A stretch of 64,000 nucleotides of DNA from an uncultured Actinomycetota bacterium. Its GTDB lineage: Bacteria > Actinomycetota > Actinomycetes > JAFAQI01. The DNA lies in assembly GCA_963770565.1 (NCBI GenBank), contig CAVYQE010000006.1:1-64000 (forward strand), given 5' to 3'. The translations under genes and the position numbers were made by a program. Shown here piece by piece: positions 1 through 8,086 of this stretch (position 1 is the first letter of the stretch; the number at the start of each line of letters is the position of its first letter). The notes under the pieces are model-generated. The model was not told the DNA's origin, did no database searches, and saw only the letters and a program-made list of their open reading frames with translations.

Positions 1-19
1 GATTGGATATGCAGCAGGC

Positions 20-576
20 ATGAGTGACGTACTCGCCCGGAGCATCGCCGCAACTTCGAGAGCGCGTTGCGGCTCATGGAGGCGGCACTCGCGGACTGCC
101 CCGATAGGTTGTGGGAGGCCGACCTGTGGCCCGGAGATGGGACCACACGTCGTCTCCCGCAGGGCGGACTGCATGGCTCCGCGACCTGGTTCCTCGGCTA
201 CCACGCGCTGACCTGCCTCGACTACGACCTCGGCGGAGACTTCGAGCCGTGGGTGCCTCTAGCGGCTTTCGATGAGAACACATACTCGTTTCCGAACCGC
301 GTCTTCACTAGGGCGGAGCTCCTCGAATACGTCGACTGGTGCCGCCGCCGAGCGCGGCAAAGCTGCGAGACTCTTACCGAGGAGTTGGCTCTGCGTCCGC
401 TGCCAAGCACACATCGATACGCGGGCACCCCTTACGGCGACATTGTCACTGCCATTCCACTCCACGTGGTTGAACACGCCTCGCAGATCCGCCAGTTCCT
501 CAGCAGCTCAGGCGTCTCGGTGCAACCGATGCCCGGCGACCAGGGCTACACAGGATCAATCGCAACCGAGCGGTAA
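20..576 (+). CDS. DinB/YfiT-like family protein, apparent 1-nt frameshift near 47-51
   Basis: ORF 67..576 has DinB-type motifs (WFLGYHAL...HVVEHASQI). ATG at 20 gives MSDVLARSIA, which joins RNFESALRLMEAAL in the frame of 67 if one base is restored. Confidence 0.7.
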
Positions 577-598
577 GTGATGCCACTCTGCACGTTCC

Positions 599-1138
599 TC
601 AGGTAGCCGTTGTAGTTGAGATCCAGTAGTGGCGTTTCGTTTCCCGCTGAGGGGTCGCCGGCAAGACTTGGGTTAGTCGACCACCGCAACGCTCGATGAC
701 GCGGGCGGACGTGAGGTTGTCGTCGTTGCAGGTGAGCAGTACCTGATCCAGACCGAGGTCGGCGGCGATGCCGATCGCTTGCCTCAGCATCTGGGTCGCA
801 TGACCACGTCGCCGAAACTGCGGCCGCACGGCGTAGCCGACGTGGCCGCCAACCTCCGCGAGGTGCTCGTTCAGGCAATGGCGGATCGAGACGATGCCGA
901 TCAGCTCGCCTGAGGCTTCGGCAGCCAGGATTGTGACCGGGACCCACCCAGCCGGCAGGTCATAACCGTCGGCCATGCGAGCGATCCGGTCGAGATAGTC
1001 GCTCCACGTGTCGTCGGAAGCCCAACCTTCGAGAAGATCGAAGCCGTCAGCAGCTAGTTCGTCATGTGCTGCCAAAGCGTCCGTCTCGTCGCGCAGCAGT
1101 AGTGGCCGCAGTCGGACCTCATTCTCTGTAGTCGCCAC
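599..1138 (-). CDS. GNAT family N-acetyltransferase
   Basis: C-terminal part of ORF 599..1861: GGHVGYAVRPQFRRRGHAT (acetyl-CoA motif A) and TCNDDNLTSARVIERCGG. Start placed at GTG 1138; the upstream extension overlaps other genes. Confidence 0.85.
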   Translation of the reverse strand: MATTENEVRLRPLLLRDETDALAAHDELAADGFDLLEGWASDDTWSDYLDRIARMADGYDLPAGWVPVTILAAEASGELIGIVSIRHCLNEHLAEVGGHVGYAVRPQFRRRGHATQMLRQAIGIAADLGLDQVLLTCNDDNLTSARVIERCGGRLTQVLPATPQRETKRHYWISTTTAT

Positions 1139-1234
1139 CAAACCAGGATCGCGCAGCGCATCAAACTTGGGGCGAACCGATGTGCCGATCCCCGTCGGCG
1201 ACCGCCCGCCCGCGGCAGGGGGTAGGAATGCGGT

Positions 1235-1438
1235 ATGGAGATCCGCCGGCTCTTCTCTTGGAGGATGAACCTCTACCGCCTCATCGTGGGAGCAGTAGTC
1301 CTGGCCATCGTCTTGCCGTCCTGGGCGGCCGGGGTGCGGGCAACCTGGCTTGTTGTGACCGCGTGCATTGTTGTGGTTCTTGCAGGGGTCATTGTCGGCA
1401 GGCGGGTGCCACTCGTCCGAGGATGGCTGCGCCGCTGA
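1235..1438 (+). CDS. Small membrane protein, two hydrophobic segments
   Basis: 67-aa ORF with two hydrophobic stretches and a basic C-terminus. Alternative start at ATG 1266-region after GGAGG. Confidence 0.45.
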   Translation: MEIRRLFSWRMNLYRLIVGAVVLAIVLPSWAAGVRATWLVVTACIVVVLAGVIVGRRVPLVRGWLRR

Positions 1439-1536
1439 TGGCAATGGCGCCGAAACGGTCATGCCCGTGTGCGATGCCGGGAGTGCCAGAACATCGAACT
1501 CGCGGGGCTCGCCAGCCGCCGCTCCCGATGAAGGCG

Positions 1537-1752
1537 CTACTCGGGTCTTGAGAGGTACAGCGGGAAGAACACGATCCAGAGGATCAGGCATCCAGCGGCC
1601 CACGCCGTTGGGGTGCGGATGACGAGGTCTCCGGCGCGAACCGTCACCGGACGGCCGGCTCCCATGCGCTGCTTCGCGTCGCCATAGACCCATAGATCGA
1701 GGGCGATCCCCAGGCCGAGAACGATCAGCGGGGCAAGCGCTGTAGCGGACAC
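1537..1752 (-). CDS. Small membrane protein (71 aa), paralog of 6274..6489
   Basis: 3' part of ORF 1537..2163 from GTG 1752; DLWVYxDAK...WAAGCLILWIxFFPLYL is shared with 6274..6489. Confidence 0.7.
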   Translation of the reverse strand: MSATALAPLIVLGLGIALDLWVYGDAKQRMGAGRPVTVRAGDLVIRTPTAWAAGCLILWIVFFPLYLSRPE

Positions 1753-1860
1753 GGGGCACACGGCATAAGTGATGCCATAACGGAGCGGGGCCTCCCGCTC
1801 CTGTGAGTACCGCAGGAGACTGCGGTTGCTCATAAACCCACATGGTGAGGGAGGCCACCA

Positions 1861-2907
1861 ATGAGTGACGGTATCGCTAGGAAGAAGCAGTTCGTCGGCG
1901 TCGACCTGCATCTGCACCGGTCGGTGATCGTGCGGATCGACAACCGCGGTCGCGAGCTCGAGTGCGTGCGGATCGACAACTCTGTGTCCGGCCTTGTCGC
2001 TGAAGTGGCGAAGGCTGGGCAGGGTGCGCCGGTCGCGATCGAGGCGACATATGGCTGGTACTGGGCGGTCGACGCGTTGCAGGCGAAGGGTTTCGAGGTG
2101 CATCTCGCGCACCCGTACGGGATGAAGCAGATGCGGAAGCGGCGCCGGGTGAAGACTGACCATGCGGATGCGCTGGAGTTGGCGCGGCTGATGCGGCTTG
2201 GTTCACTGCCGGAGGCCTACATCGCCCCGGTCGAGCTTCGGGAGCTGCGGGAGCTGGTCCGCCACCGCCAGCAGCTGACGAAGGTCGCGACCTCAACCAA
2301 GGGCGGGATCCGCGCCGGGTTGGCGAAGCACGGGATCCGTCTGCCGGTCAGCAAGCTGAACACGGTTGCTGGGTCGGATCTGCTCGATGAGCTACGGCTT
2401 CCGGGCTACTACGGGCAGCGGCTCGCCGCGCAACGCCGGATGATGATGCTCGTCGAAGACGAGCTGGCTCGGGTGGAGCGCGAGCTGGACCGTCGGCTGA
2501 AGACCGACCCGGACTACCGGCGGCTGCAGAGGATCAAAGGGATCGGTCCGATCCTCGCGGCGGTGTTCGTCGTCGAGATCGGTGATGTGAGCCGGTTCCG
2601 CAACGCGGCCGCGATCACCTGCTGGGCCGGGCTGACTCCACGGGTGCATGAGTCCGACCGGCGCCGACACGACGGCTCGATCAGCAAGGAAGGCTGCGCC
2701 CTGGTCCGGTGGGCCGCAGTCGAATCGGTGCAACGCCAATGCGAACCAGTCATCCGAGCCGTCCGGGACGACATCCTCGCCCGCCGCGGGAAGAGAGCGA
2801 AGAACACCGCGAAAGTCGCCGCCGCCAGGCGGATGCTCGAGGTCGTCTACTACACGCTGCGTGACGGTGAGGCCCGTTGCCTGACCAAGCCGGTCGCCGC
2901 CGCGTGA
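1861..2907 (+). CDS. IS110 family transposase/recombinase (DEDD RuvC-like + Transposase_20)
   Basis: GVDLH, IEAT and KTDHADA (DEDD residues), IKGIGPILA, WAGLTPRVHES (serine finger), VAAARRML; RBS GGGAGG upstream. Confidence 0.95.
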   Translation: MSDGIARKKQFVGVDLHLHRSVIVRIDNRGRELECVRIDNSVSGLVAEVAKAGQGAPVAIEATYGWYWAVDALQAKGFEVHLAHPYGMKQMRKRRRVKTDHADALELARLMRLGSLPEAYIAPVELRELRELVRHRQQLTKVATSTKGGIRAGLAKHGIRLPVSKLNTVAGSDLLDELRLPGYYGQRLAAQRRMMMLVEDELARVERELDRRLKTDPDYRRLQRIKGIGPILAAVFVVEIGDVSRFRNAAAITCWAGLTPRVHESDRRRHDGSISKEGCALVRWAAVESVQRQCEPVIRAVRDDILARRGKRAKNTAKVAAARRMLEVVYYTLRDGEARCLTKPVAAA

Positions 2908-2919
2908 ACACCGTCAAGA

Positions 2920-3125
2920 CTTCGTGCGGGTCGAAGTAGCGGCATGACCCACCCTCGGGTGCGGTCGACGAAGTGAATGACCCCACGACCCTGGAACCCA
3001 GGGACGCTCGCACGGCTTCATGCTGACCACCACGTCGCGAAGGGATGCCTGACAGCAAACTGGCTGTCGCCGAGCTCTGCCATTTCAAACTGAAGCCGAA
3101 CCTGACAACCACATAGCGACGCCGG
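2920..3125 (+). ncRNA. Putative bridge/seek RNA of the IS110 element
   Basis: Stem 2928-2932/2979-2983 closes an internal loop carrying CGGCAT (2940-2945) and AAGTGA (2971-2976), which match the insertion target. A second domain (stem 3033-3038/3116-3121) carries AGGGATGCC, identical to the IS right end. RNA ends are approximate. Confidence 0.7.
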
Positions 3126-3359
3126 CAACACAGTCTGCGTCAACCACGAGACGGCCTCAACACCGTTCGTCCTCGCGCTCCGCGCTCCGGGCGCTGCGTG
3201 TTGACCCCGCCCCGCGATCGACGCCGCCCTTGATCTGCCGACCATCGCCGAAGAACGCTCAAAACAAACAGTTGACGGCCCCACTCCGTTCAGGGATGCC
3301 GTTCTTCGACGCTCGATCGTCGCGCACTTCGTGCACGTGATCCGGCGTAGCGTGCGCGA

Positions 3360-3746
3360 ATGGCACGCCTTGCTGACATCGTGTTCGACTGCGAACATCC
3401 CGCCTCGCTGGCGCGGTGGTGGGCCGCGGCGCTCGATGGCTACCGGGTCGCTGCTTACGACGAAGTTGAACTTGAGCGGTTGCGGGCCCGGGGGGTGTTC
3501 GATCCTGAGGATGACCCGAACGTCTTGGTCGAACCGAAGAGTGGCGAAGGGCCGCGCTTTTGGTTTCAACGGGTGCCAGAGCACAAGGAACATAAGAACC
3601 GGCTGCACCTCGATCTGCGCGCGGACGACCTCGAAGTTGAGGTGAGCCGCTTCGTTGAAATGGGCGCGACGGAGCTTTACCGACTCGGGACCAACGTGAC
3701 CTTGACGGACCCTGAGGGCAACGAGTTCTGTCTCGGACCGGGCTAG
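3360..3746 (+). CDS. VOC/glyoxalase-like family protein
   Basis: DIVFDCEHPASLARWWAAAL...FQRVPEHKEHKNRLHLDL...DPEGNEFC; TAGCGT-N6-ATG leaderless-type start. Confidence 0.9.
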   Translation: MARLADIVFDCEHPASLARWWAAALDGYRVAAYDEVELERLRARGVFDPEDDPNVLVEPKSGEGPRFWFQRVPEHKEHKNRLHLDLRADDLEVEVSRFVEMGATELYRLGTNVTLTDPEGNEFCLGPG

Positions 3747-3930
3747 CGCGAGGCGATGTCGCGGCCGGTCGGTCCGTTTCAGGGCGCCCGCGAAGTGTGA
3801 TCGCATGTGCTTGCCGGCGTTCACACTGTCGCTATTCGTCTGCGAGGCTGTATTCGACGATCACAACTTGGGATCGGGACGGCGGGCATTGCATCGGAGT
3901 TGAGGGCGTGAGGGAGGGAGCGGAAGCGGT

Positions 3931-4581
3931 ATGCGCATCATCGGAGCTGGCCTCGGTCGGACGGGAACCAACTCGCTGAAGCTGGCGCTCGAGCGGCTTC
4001 TTGGTCGCCCGACCTATCACATGATTGAGGTGCAGCGGCATCTTGACCATGTCCCCACCTGGCGCGCAGCCCTGCGCGGCGAGCCCGTCGACTGGGAGCC
4101 GGTCCTCGGCAATTACGCGGCGACTGTGGACTGGCCAGGTGCGGCGGTCTGGCGTGAGCTAGTTGCCGAGAACCCGGAGGCGGTCGTCCTGCTCTCGACG
4201 AGACGTGACGCGGCCACCTGGCTGGCGAGCGCGCGGGCGACGGTTATGGACAGCTCTGATCGGCTGGAGGACGAGCCCGACATGCCGGGATACATGGCGA
4301 TGGTCCGAGAGATGTACGAGATGTTTGACCCCCTCTGGCGGGATGACGGCGCTGCGATGACTGCTTATGAGCGGCATGCAGCGTCAGTGCGTCGCGAGGT
4401 CCGCGCGGATCGGCTCGTCGAGTGGCAACCGGGCGACGGTTGGGGGCCACTATGCGTCGCGCTCGGCGCGGCGGTGCCGCCAGAGCCTTTCCCACATGTC
4501 AACTCGACAGAGGAATACCGCGCGCGGCTCAGTCAGATCGAGAGCCGGCTGGCTGCTTCGAGAGACACCATCCACGAATGA
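3931..4581 (+). CDS. Sulfotransferase-family (P-loop) protein
   Basis: IIGAGLGRTGTNSLKLALE, YHM, VDWP, GDGWGPLC, PFPHVN motifs. Confidence 0.9.
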   Translation: MRIIGAGLGRTGTNSLKLALERLLGRPTYHMIEVQRHLDHVPTWRAALRGEPVDWEPVLGNYAATVDWPGAAVWRELVAENPEAVVLLSTRRDAATWLASARATVMDSSDRLEDEPDMPGYMAMVREMYEMFDPLWRDDGAAMTAYERHAASVRREVRADRLVEWQPGDGWGPLCVALGAAVPPEPFPHVNSTEEYRARLSQIESRLAASRDTIHE

Positions 4582-4714
4582 TCGCCATACAGGTGCCGAC
4601 ATGGTCACCGGCTCGCGCGAATTGTCATCGAGCGGTCGTTCTCGATCGTTCGCGTCTCTGAGCGCGACGGTCTGGAGGCCGCTATGTTCGGCCGTGCTGA
4701 CCCGGGAGGTTGAT

Positions 4715-5137
4715 GTGCAGATCGAGTCTGTAACCAGTGTCGCTGTCATCACAGCGGACGCGCCAGCGAGCCGCGCGCTCTACATGGAGGCTCTCGGGCT
4801 GCCCCTCAAGCAGCTCGACGGTGACTACTTCGCGAGCGGCGAGATACCTGGGTGCAATCACTTCGGTGTGTGGCCCATCGAACAAGCTGCCGAAGCTTGC
4901 TTCGGCACACGGTCGTGGCCGGAGGGCATCACAAGACCTCAGGTGAGCGTGGAGTTTGAGCTGGCATCTGCGACGGCTGTGAGCGACGGCGTGCGGGAAT
5001 TGCGGTCCCGTGGATACGAGATGCTGCACGATGCCAAGGTCGAACCGTGGGGACAGACCGTGGCACGTCTTCTGTCGCCGGAAGGCGCCGTCTTCGGGCT
5101 CTCGTACGCCCCGTCGCTGCACGAGCATGTGACATGA
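4715..5137 (+). CDS. VOC/glyoxalase family protein
   Basis: GTG 4715 after GGAGG; HFGVWP...PQVSVEFE...EPWGQTVARLLSPEG. Confidence 0.85.
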   Translation: MQIESVTSVAVITADAPASRALYMEALGLPLKQLDGDYFASGEIPGCNHFGVWPIEQAAEACFGTRSWPEGITRPQVSVEFELASATAVSDGVRELRSRGYEMLHDAKVEPWGQTVARLLSPEGAVFGLSYAPSLHEHVT

Positions 5138-5254
5138 CGAACGCGATGCACGGCGGGTAGTGCCGGTTCGCGAGGGCGGCTCGGTTTGGTCGTGACGCAA
5201 TCAAAACCGCGCTGAGCCGGCGTAAACGATCCTGGGCTGCGGCAGACTTCCAGC

Positions 5255-6072
5255 ATGTCGCTGTGGAATGAGCCCGTCCGTGATCTGCGGTCGCTCGCCA
5301 CTGCTGAGCGGCAGGGTTTGCTGCGCTTGCTGGCCGGGATGACCGATGCCGAGTGGCTCGCGCGAGCTGCCATTCCGGGATGGACGGTCAAAGACATCGC
5401 GCTTCATTTGCTCGACGATGACCTGACATGACCTGGCTTTCTCAGGAGCGTGATGGCGAACTTAGCGGGCTGATCAACATGTCAGATCGTCAGATCTTTC
5501 CGAGGTTGCTAGCAGAGAAGAACCAACGGTGGGTAGACGCGGCTCGGGTGATGAGCCGACGCGTGGTCGAGGACCTGCCGCAGTGGAGTGGCGAGCAAGT
5601 CGACGCGCTTCACGCGGGCCGGGACCTACTTGACGAAGGCTGGGTCTCATGGGCCAGCGACGAGCCGGTGCCCTACTGGTTCAACCTGGCGCAGGAGTTC
5701 ACCGAGCGTTGGGTCCATCAACAGCAGATGAGAGAGGCCGTGGACCGCGTGGAGGACCACGACGTGACCCTTCCGGACGTGCTACGTACCTTTATTTGGG
5801 CCTTCCCTCACCAATTCCGCGGTGCCGTCGGGGCGCGCGTGATCCGAATGAGGATCGACCCCCTGGGCGACTGGACGCTCAGCGCCACGGACGACGGCGG
5901 CTGGAACCTCTCCACAGGATCGCCCGGCAGTGCAGATGCTCGTTTGCATCTGACGGCTGATGCGGCGTGGCGCATGCTTACCGGCGCCGAGGTGCCTGCA
6001 GCGTCGATTACGGCAGAAGGTGACGCCGCCATAGTTGAGGCGCTGAGCATGGTGCGCGCGATCATCGTGTAA
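5255..6072 (+). pseudogene. Maleylpyruvate isomerase (MDMPI)-family protein broken by a 5-nt insertion
   Basis: 5255..5431 encodes ...PGWTVKDIALHLLDDDLT*; 5428..6072 continues TWLSQERD...ERWVHQQQMREA. The junction GACC-TGACA-TGACCTGG reads as a 5-nt near-duplication. Confidence 0.75.
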
Positions 6073-6273
6073 GTGATGCCGGTCCAGATCATTCGGATTC
6101 GCCGCGACAGCCGAGCGCCAGTGCAAGTTCTGCTCAAGGCCGCTCGAGGAACAGAAGTGCCGTTACTTCACACAGTTGACCCAGCAAGCAAAGCGTGAGT
6201 AACGCACCTATAGTCTGCCGCCGACAAGCGGCGGACGGTGCCGCGGGCAAGAGCGGCGCATATCGTTCAGAGG

Positions 6274-6489
6274 GTGTCCTTTGCTGCGCTCGCGCCGCTG
6301 GTCATTCTTGGTATCGGGATCACCGCGGACCTGTGGGTCTACGCGGACGCGAAGAGGCGTGCAGACTCCGGGAGTCCGGTCGTTTTCGAGGCGGGCACGT
6401 TCGTTATCGACACACCCGCCGCATGGGCAGCTGGATGCCTGATCCTCTGGATCCTGTTTTTCCCGCTCTATCTCACGTCCCGCGAATAG
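6274..6489 (+). CDS. Small membrane protein (71 aa), paralog of 1537..1752
   Basis: GTG 6274 preceded by TATCGT-N7; 47/71 identical to 1537..1752 by manual alignment. Confidence 0.72.
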   Translation: MSFAALAPLVILGIGITADLWVYADAKRRADSGSPVVFEAGTFVIDTPAAWAAGCLILWILFFPLYLTSRE

Positions 6490-6559
6490 GCCCATCGCGT
6501 GCGGGCGAGTGTCGGCCGCTATGGGCACTTCTTGTTGCGTCGTTGATAGGAATGAAGGC

Positions 6560-6967
6560 GTGAACGAGTTCACGTTCTCGCGGGTGGCTCCGGTTATCCC
6601 GGTGGCCAATCTCAAGCGGGCGCTGCGGCGATATCGCATGCTCGGCTTCTCAGTGCGCTCGTATGGCGGACCGGCCGAGTATGGATACGTCGAGCGAGAT
6701 GGCGTCGAACTTCATGTGAGCGAGTCGCCGGATCACGACCGCCATCACGGCGCCGAGGTGTACCTGTTCGTCTCTGATGCTGACGCGGTGTACGCCGCTT
6801 GGTTGGCTTCCGGCGTGAAGGGCCGGTTCATCCGGCCCCACGACACGGACTACGGCGTTCGCGAGTTCGCTTTCGTCGATCGCGACGGGACGGCGCACCG
6901 AGTCGGCTCGCCGCCAACCCAGAACGGACGAGTCATCGGCCATTCGGGATCGGAACCCGGCGAATAA
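6560..6967 (+). CDS. VOC/bleomycin-resistance-like protein
   Basis: VAPVIPVANLKRALRRY..LGF...YLFVSDADAVY...DTDYGVREFAFVDRDG; start at GTG 6560. Confidence 0.85.
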   Translation: MNEFTFSRVAPVIPVANLKRALRRYRMLGFSVRSYGGPAEYGYVERDGVELHVSESPDHDRHHGAEVYLFVSDADAVYAAWLASGVKGRFIRPHDTDYGVREFAFVDRDGTAHRVGSPPTQNGRVIGHSGSEPGE

Positions 6968-7039
6968 CGCCGGCTCGCGGCGCTGGCTGTGGACGAGCTC
7001 GCGCCTATTGTTCGCTCTTATGATCGGATCGTGGTGCGA

Positions 7040-7756
7040 TCAGCGCCGGGGTGGGAGGGCGTCGAACCCCGCGTCGGCCAGCCACTGTCCGGCCCTTCCG
7101 GTTCGGGTCTCTGCCGAGTACGAGTACCAGGAGGAACGCAGGTCGTCGTGGTCATCGAGGACTCGGCGAAAGCGGGAGAAGGCGCCACGGCCATCGATGG
7201 CGTCGAGTAGCCGGTCGCGGAGCGCGGGATCCTGAACTGTCGTGGCGAACTCGCGCATGTCCTCCCACGCCTCGCGCGAACCCTCATTGGGGATGAACAG
7301 GTACCGATCCGGATCGTCCTCCGGGTCCGGTCGCTCCCCGTCGCCCACCCAGTCATCAAGGGCCCCCTCGGGCCAGGCATCGCCGGTGTTGCAATCCAGC
7401 ACACCGCCGAAGCCCATCTCGAGAGGTCCCTCGAGCAGGTCGGAGACACCGTCGAGGTCGGCGCGGATGCGGCGCCGGCCGGGCGGTAGACCGTCGACGA
7501 TCGCGACGAGCAGCTCCGCCAGCTCAGCGTCGCCGACCCATGACCGTTCAGTGAGTCGCCTCGCGAGGGCCTTGCAGGTGTCCGCGCAGCCGGAGGGGTT
7601 GTCCGGAGCGAGCGCCAAGATCGTCTCCCCGGCTTCCTGCAAATGCGGCTGCAGTGACTCAGCCTGGACGAGCCCCGACAGCTGCATGAGGTCGCCGGTG
7701 GCGGCCGCGATGCGCCATGATCGGACCAGATCTCGCGCGCCCTCGTCCGTCGTCAT
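7040..7756 (-). CDS. UPF0158-domain protein
   Basis: C-terminal SREAWEDMREFA...RLLDAIDGRGAFSRFRRVL...WL is typical of UPF0158; start at ATG 7756. Confidence 0.75.
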   Translation of the reverse strand: MTTDEGARDLVRSWRIAAATGDLMQLSGLVQAESLQPHLQEAGETILALAPDNPSGCADTCKALARRLTERSWVGDAELAELLVAIVDGLPPGRRRIRADLDGVSDLLEGPLEMGFGGVLDCNTGDAWPEGALDDWVGDGERPDPEDDPDRYLFIPNEGSREAWEDMREFATTVQDPALRDRLLDAIDGRGAFSRFRRVLDDHDDLRSSWYSYSAETRTGRAGQWLADAGFDALPPRR

Positions 7757-7837
7757 GAGCCGAGCCTTGCCCAGTCGCCGACCGCCCGCAACTTCGACGT
7801 TCTTGGTACCAGGTACCGGGCCGTCGACCAAGATCGT

Positions 7838-7962
7838 TGGGCCACATCTGGGCCACATCTAGTGGCCCAAGGCGGTAAATCAGGGTCTCTGGCGGGCAAG
7901 GACGCCGCACTTGTGGAGGCTCGAAAACCGGCCCTGACCTGCGAAAACGCTCCGAAAAAGCC
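7838..7962. promoter_or_regulatory. Putative att-junction with integrase arm-type sites next to the tRNA 3' end
   Basis: Tandem TGGGCCACATC x2 (7838-7859), inverted GTGGCCCA (7862-7869) and TGACCTGC (7935-7942), all within ~125 bp of the tRNA CCA end. Confidence 0.55.
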
Positions 7963-8036
7963 TGGAGCGGGTGACGGGAATCGAACCCGCACTGTCAGCT
8001 TGGGAAGCTGATGTTCTGCCATTGAACTACACCCGC
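7963..8036 (-). tRNA. tRNA-Gly (CCC)
   Basis: Reverse strand GCGGGTGTAGTTCAATGGCAGAACATCAGCTTCCCAAGCTGACAGTGCGGGTTCGATTCCCGTCACCCGCTCCA: cloverleaf, anticodon CCC, T-loop GTTCGA, encoded CCA. Confidence 0.97.
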
Positions 8037-8086
8037 GCGCGCCGAAATCGGGCTCGGCGACCGGCCCGAGGATAGCGCCAGCGGCG

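Larger units (their letters stand above)
1771..3300 (+). mobile_element. IS110-family insertion sequence, IS1111-type (subterminal IRs, long downstream non-coding region)
   Basis: GATGCC at both ends (1771-1776, 3295-3300). Subterminal inverted repeats AACGGAGCGGGGCC (1779-1792) and GGCCCCACTCCGTT (3277-3290), 13/14 match. TTGACG -35-like hexamer at 3272. Contains an intact transposase. Confidence 0.88.

Noticed and set aside
599-1861. 420-aa GNAT protein
   Set aside because: The extension crosses two other genes and the IS end; the GNAT domain is confined to 599..1138.
3018-3824. 268-aa minus-strand ORF spanning the IS right end
   Set aside because: Crosses the IS boundary and is antisense to the VOC gene; no recognisable domain.
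20-7756. Classical integron with attC sites
   Set aside because: No integron integrase in the window and no RYYYAAC...GTTRRRY hairpins recognised; genes are in mixed orientation and several seem to have their own promoters.
7838-7869. Link between the arm-type repeats and family C (both contain TGGGCCA)
   Set aside because: Only a GC-rich 7-mer is shared and the architectures differ; it also occurs near 41766 and 40104.
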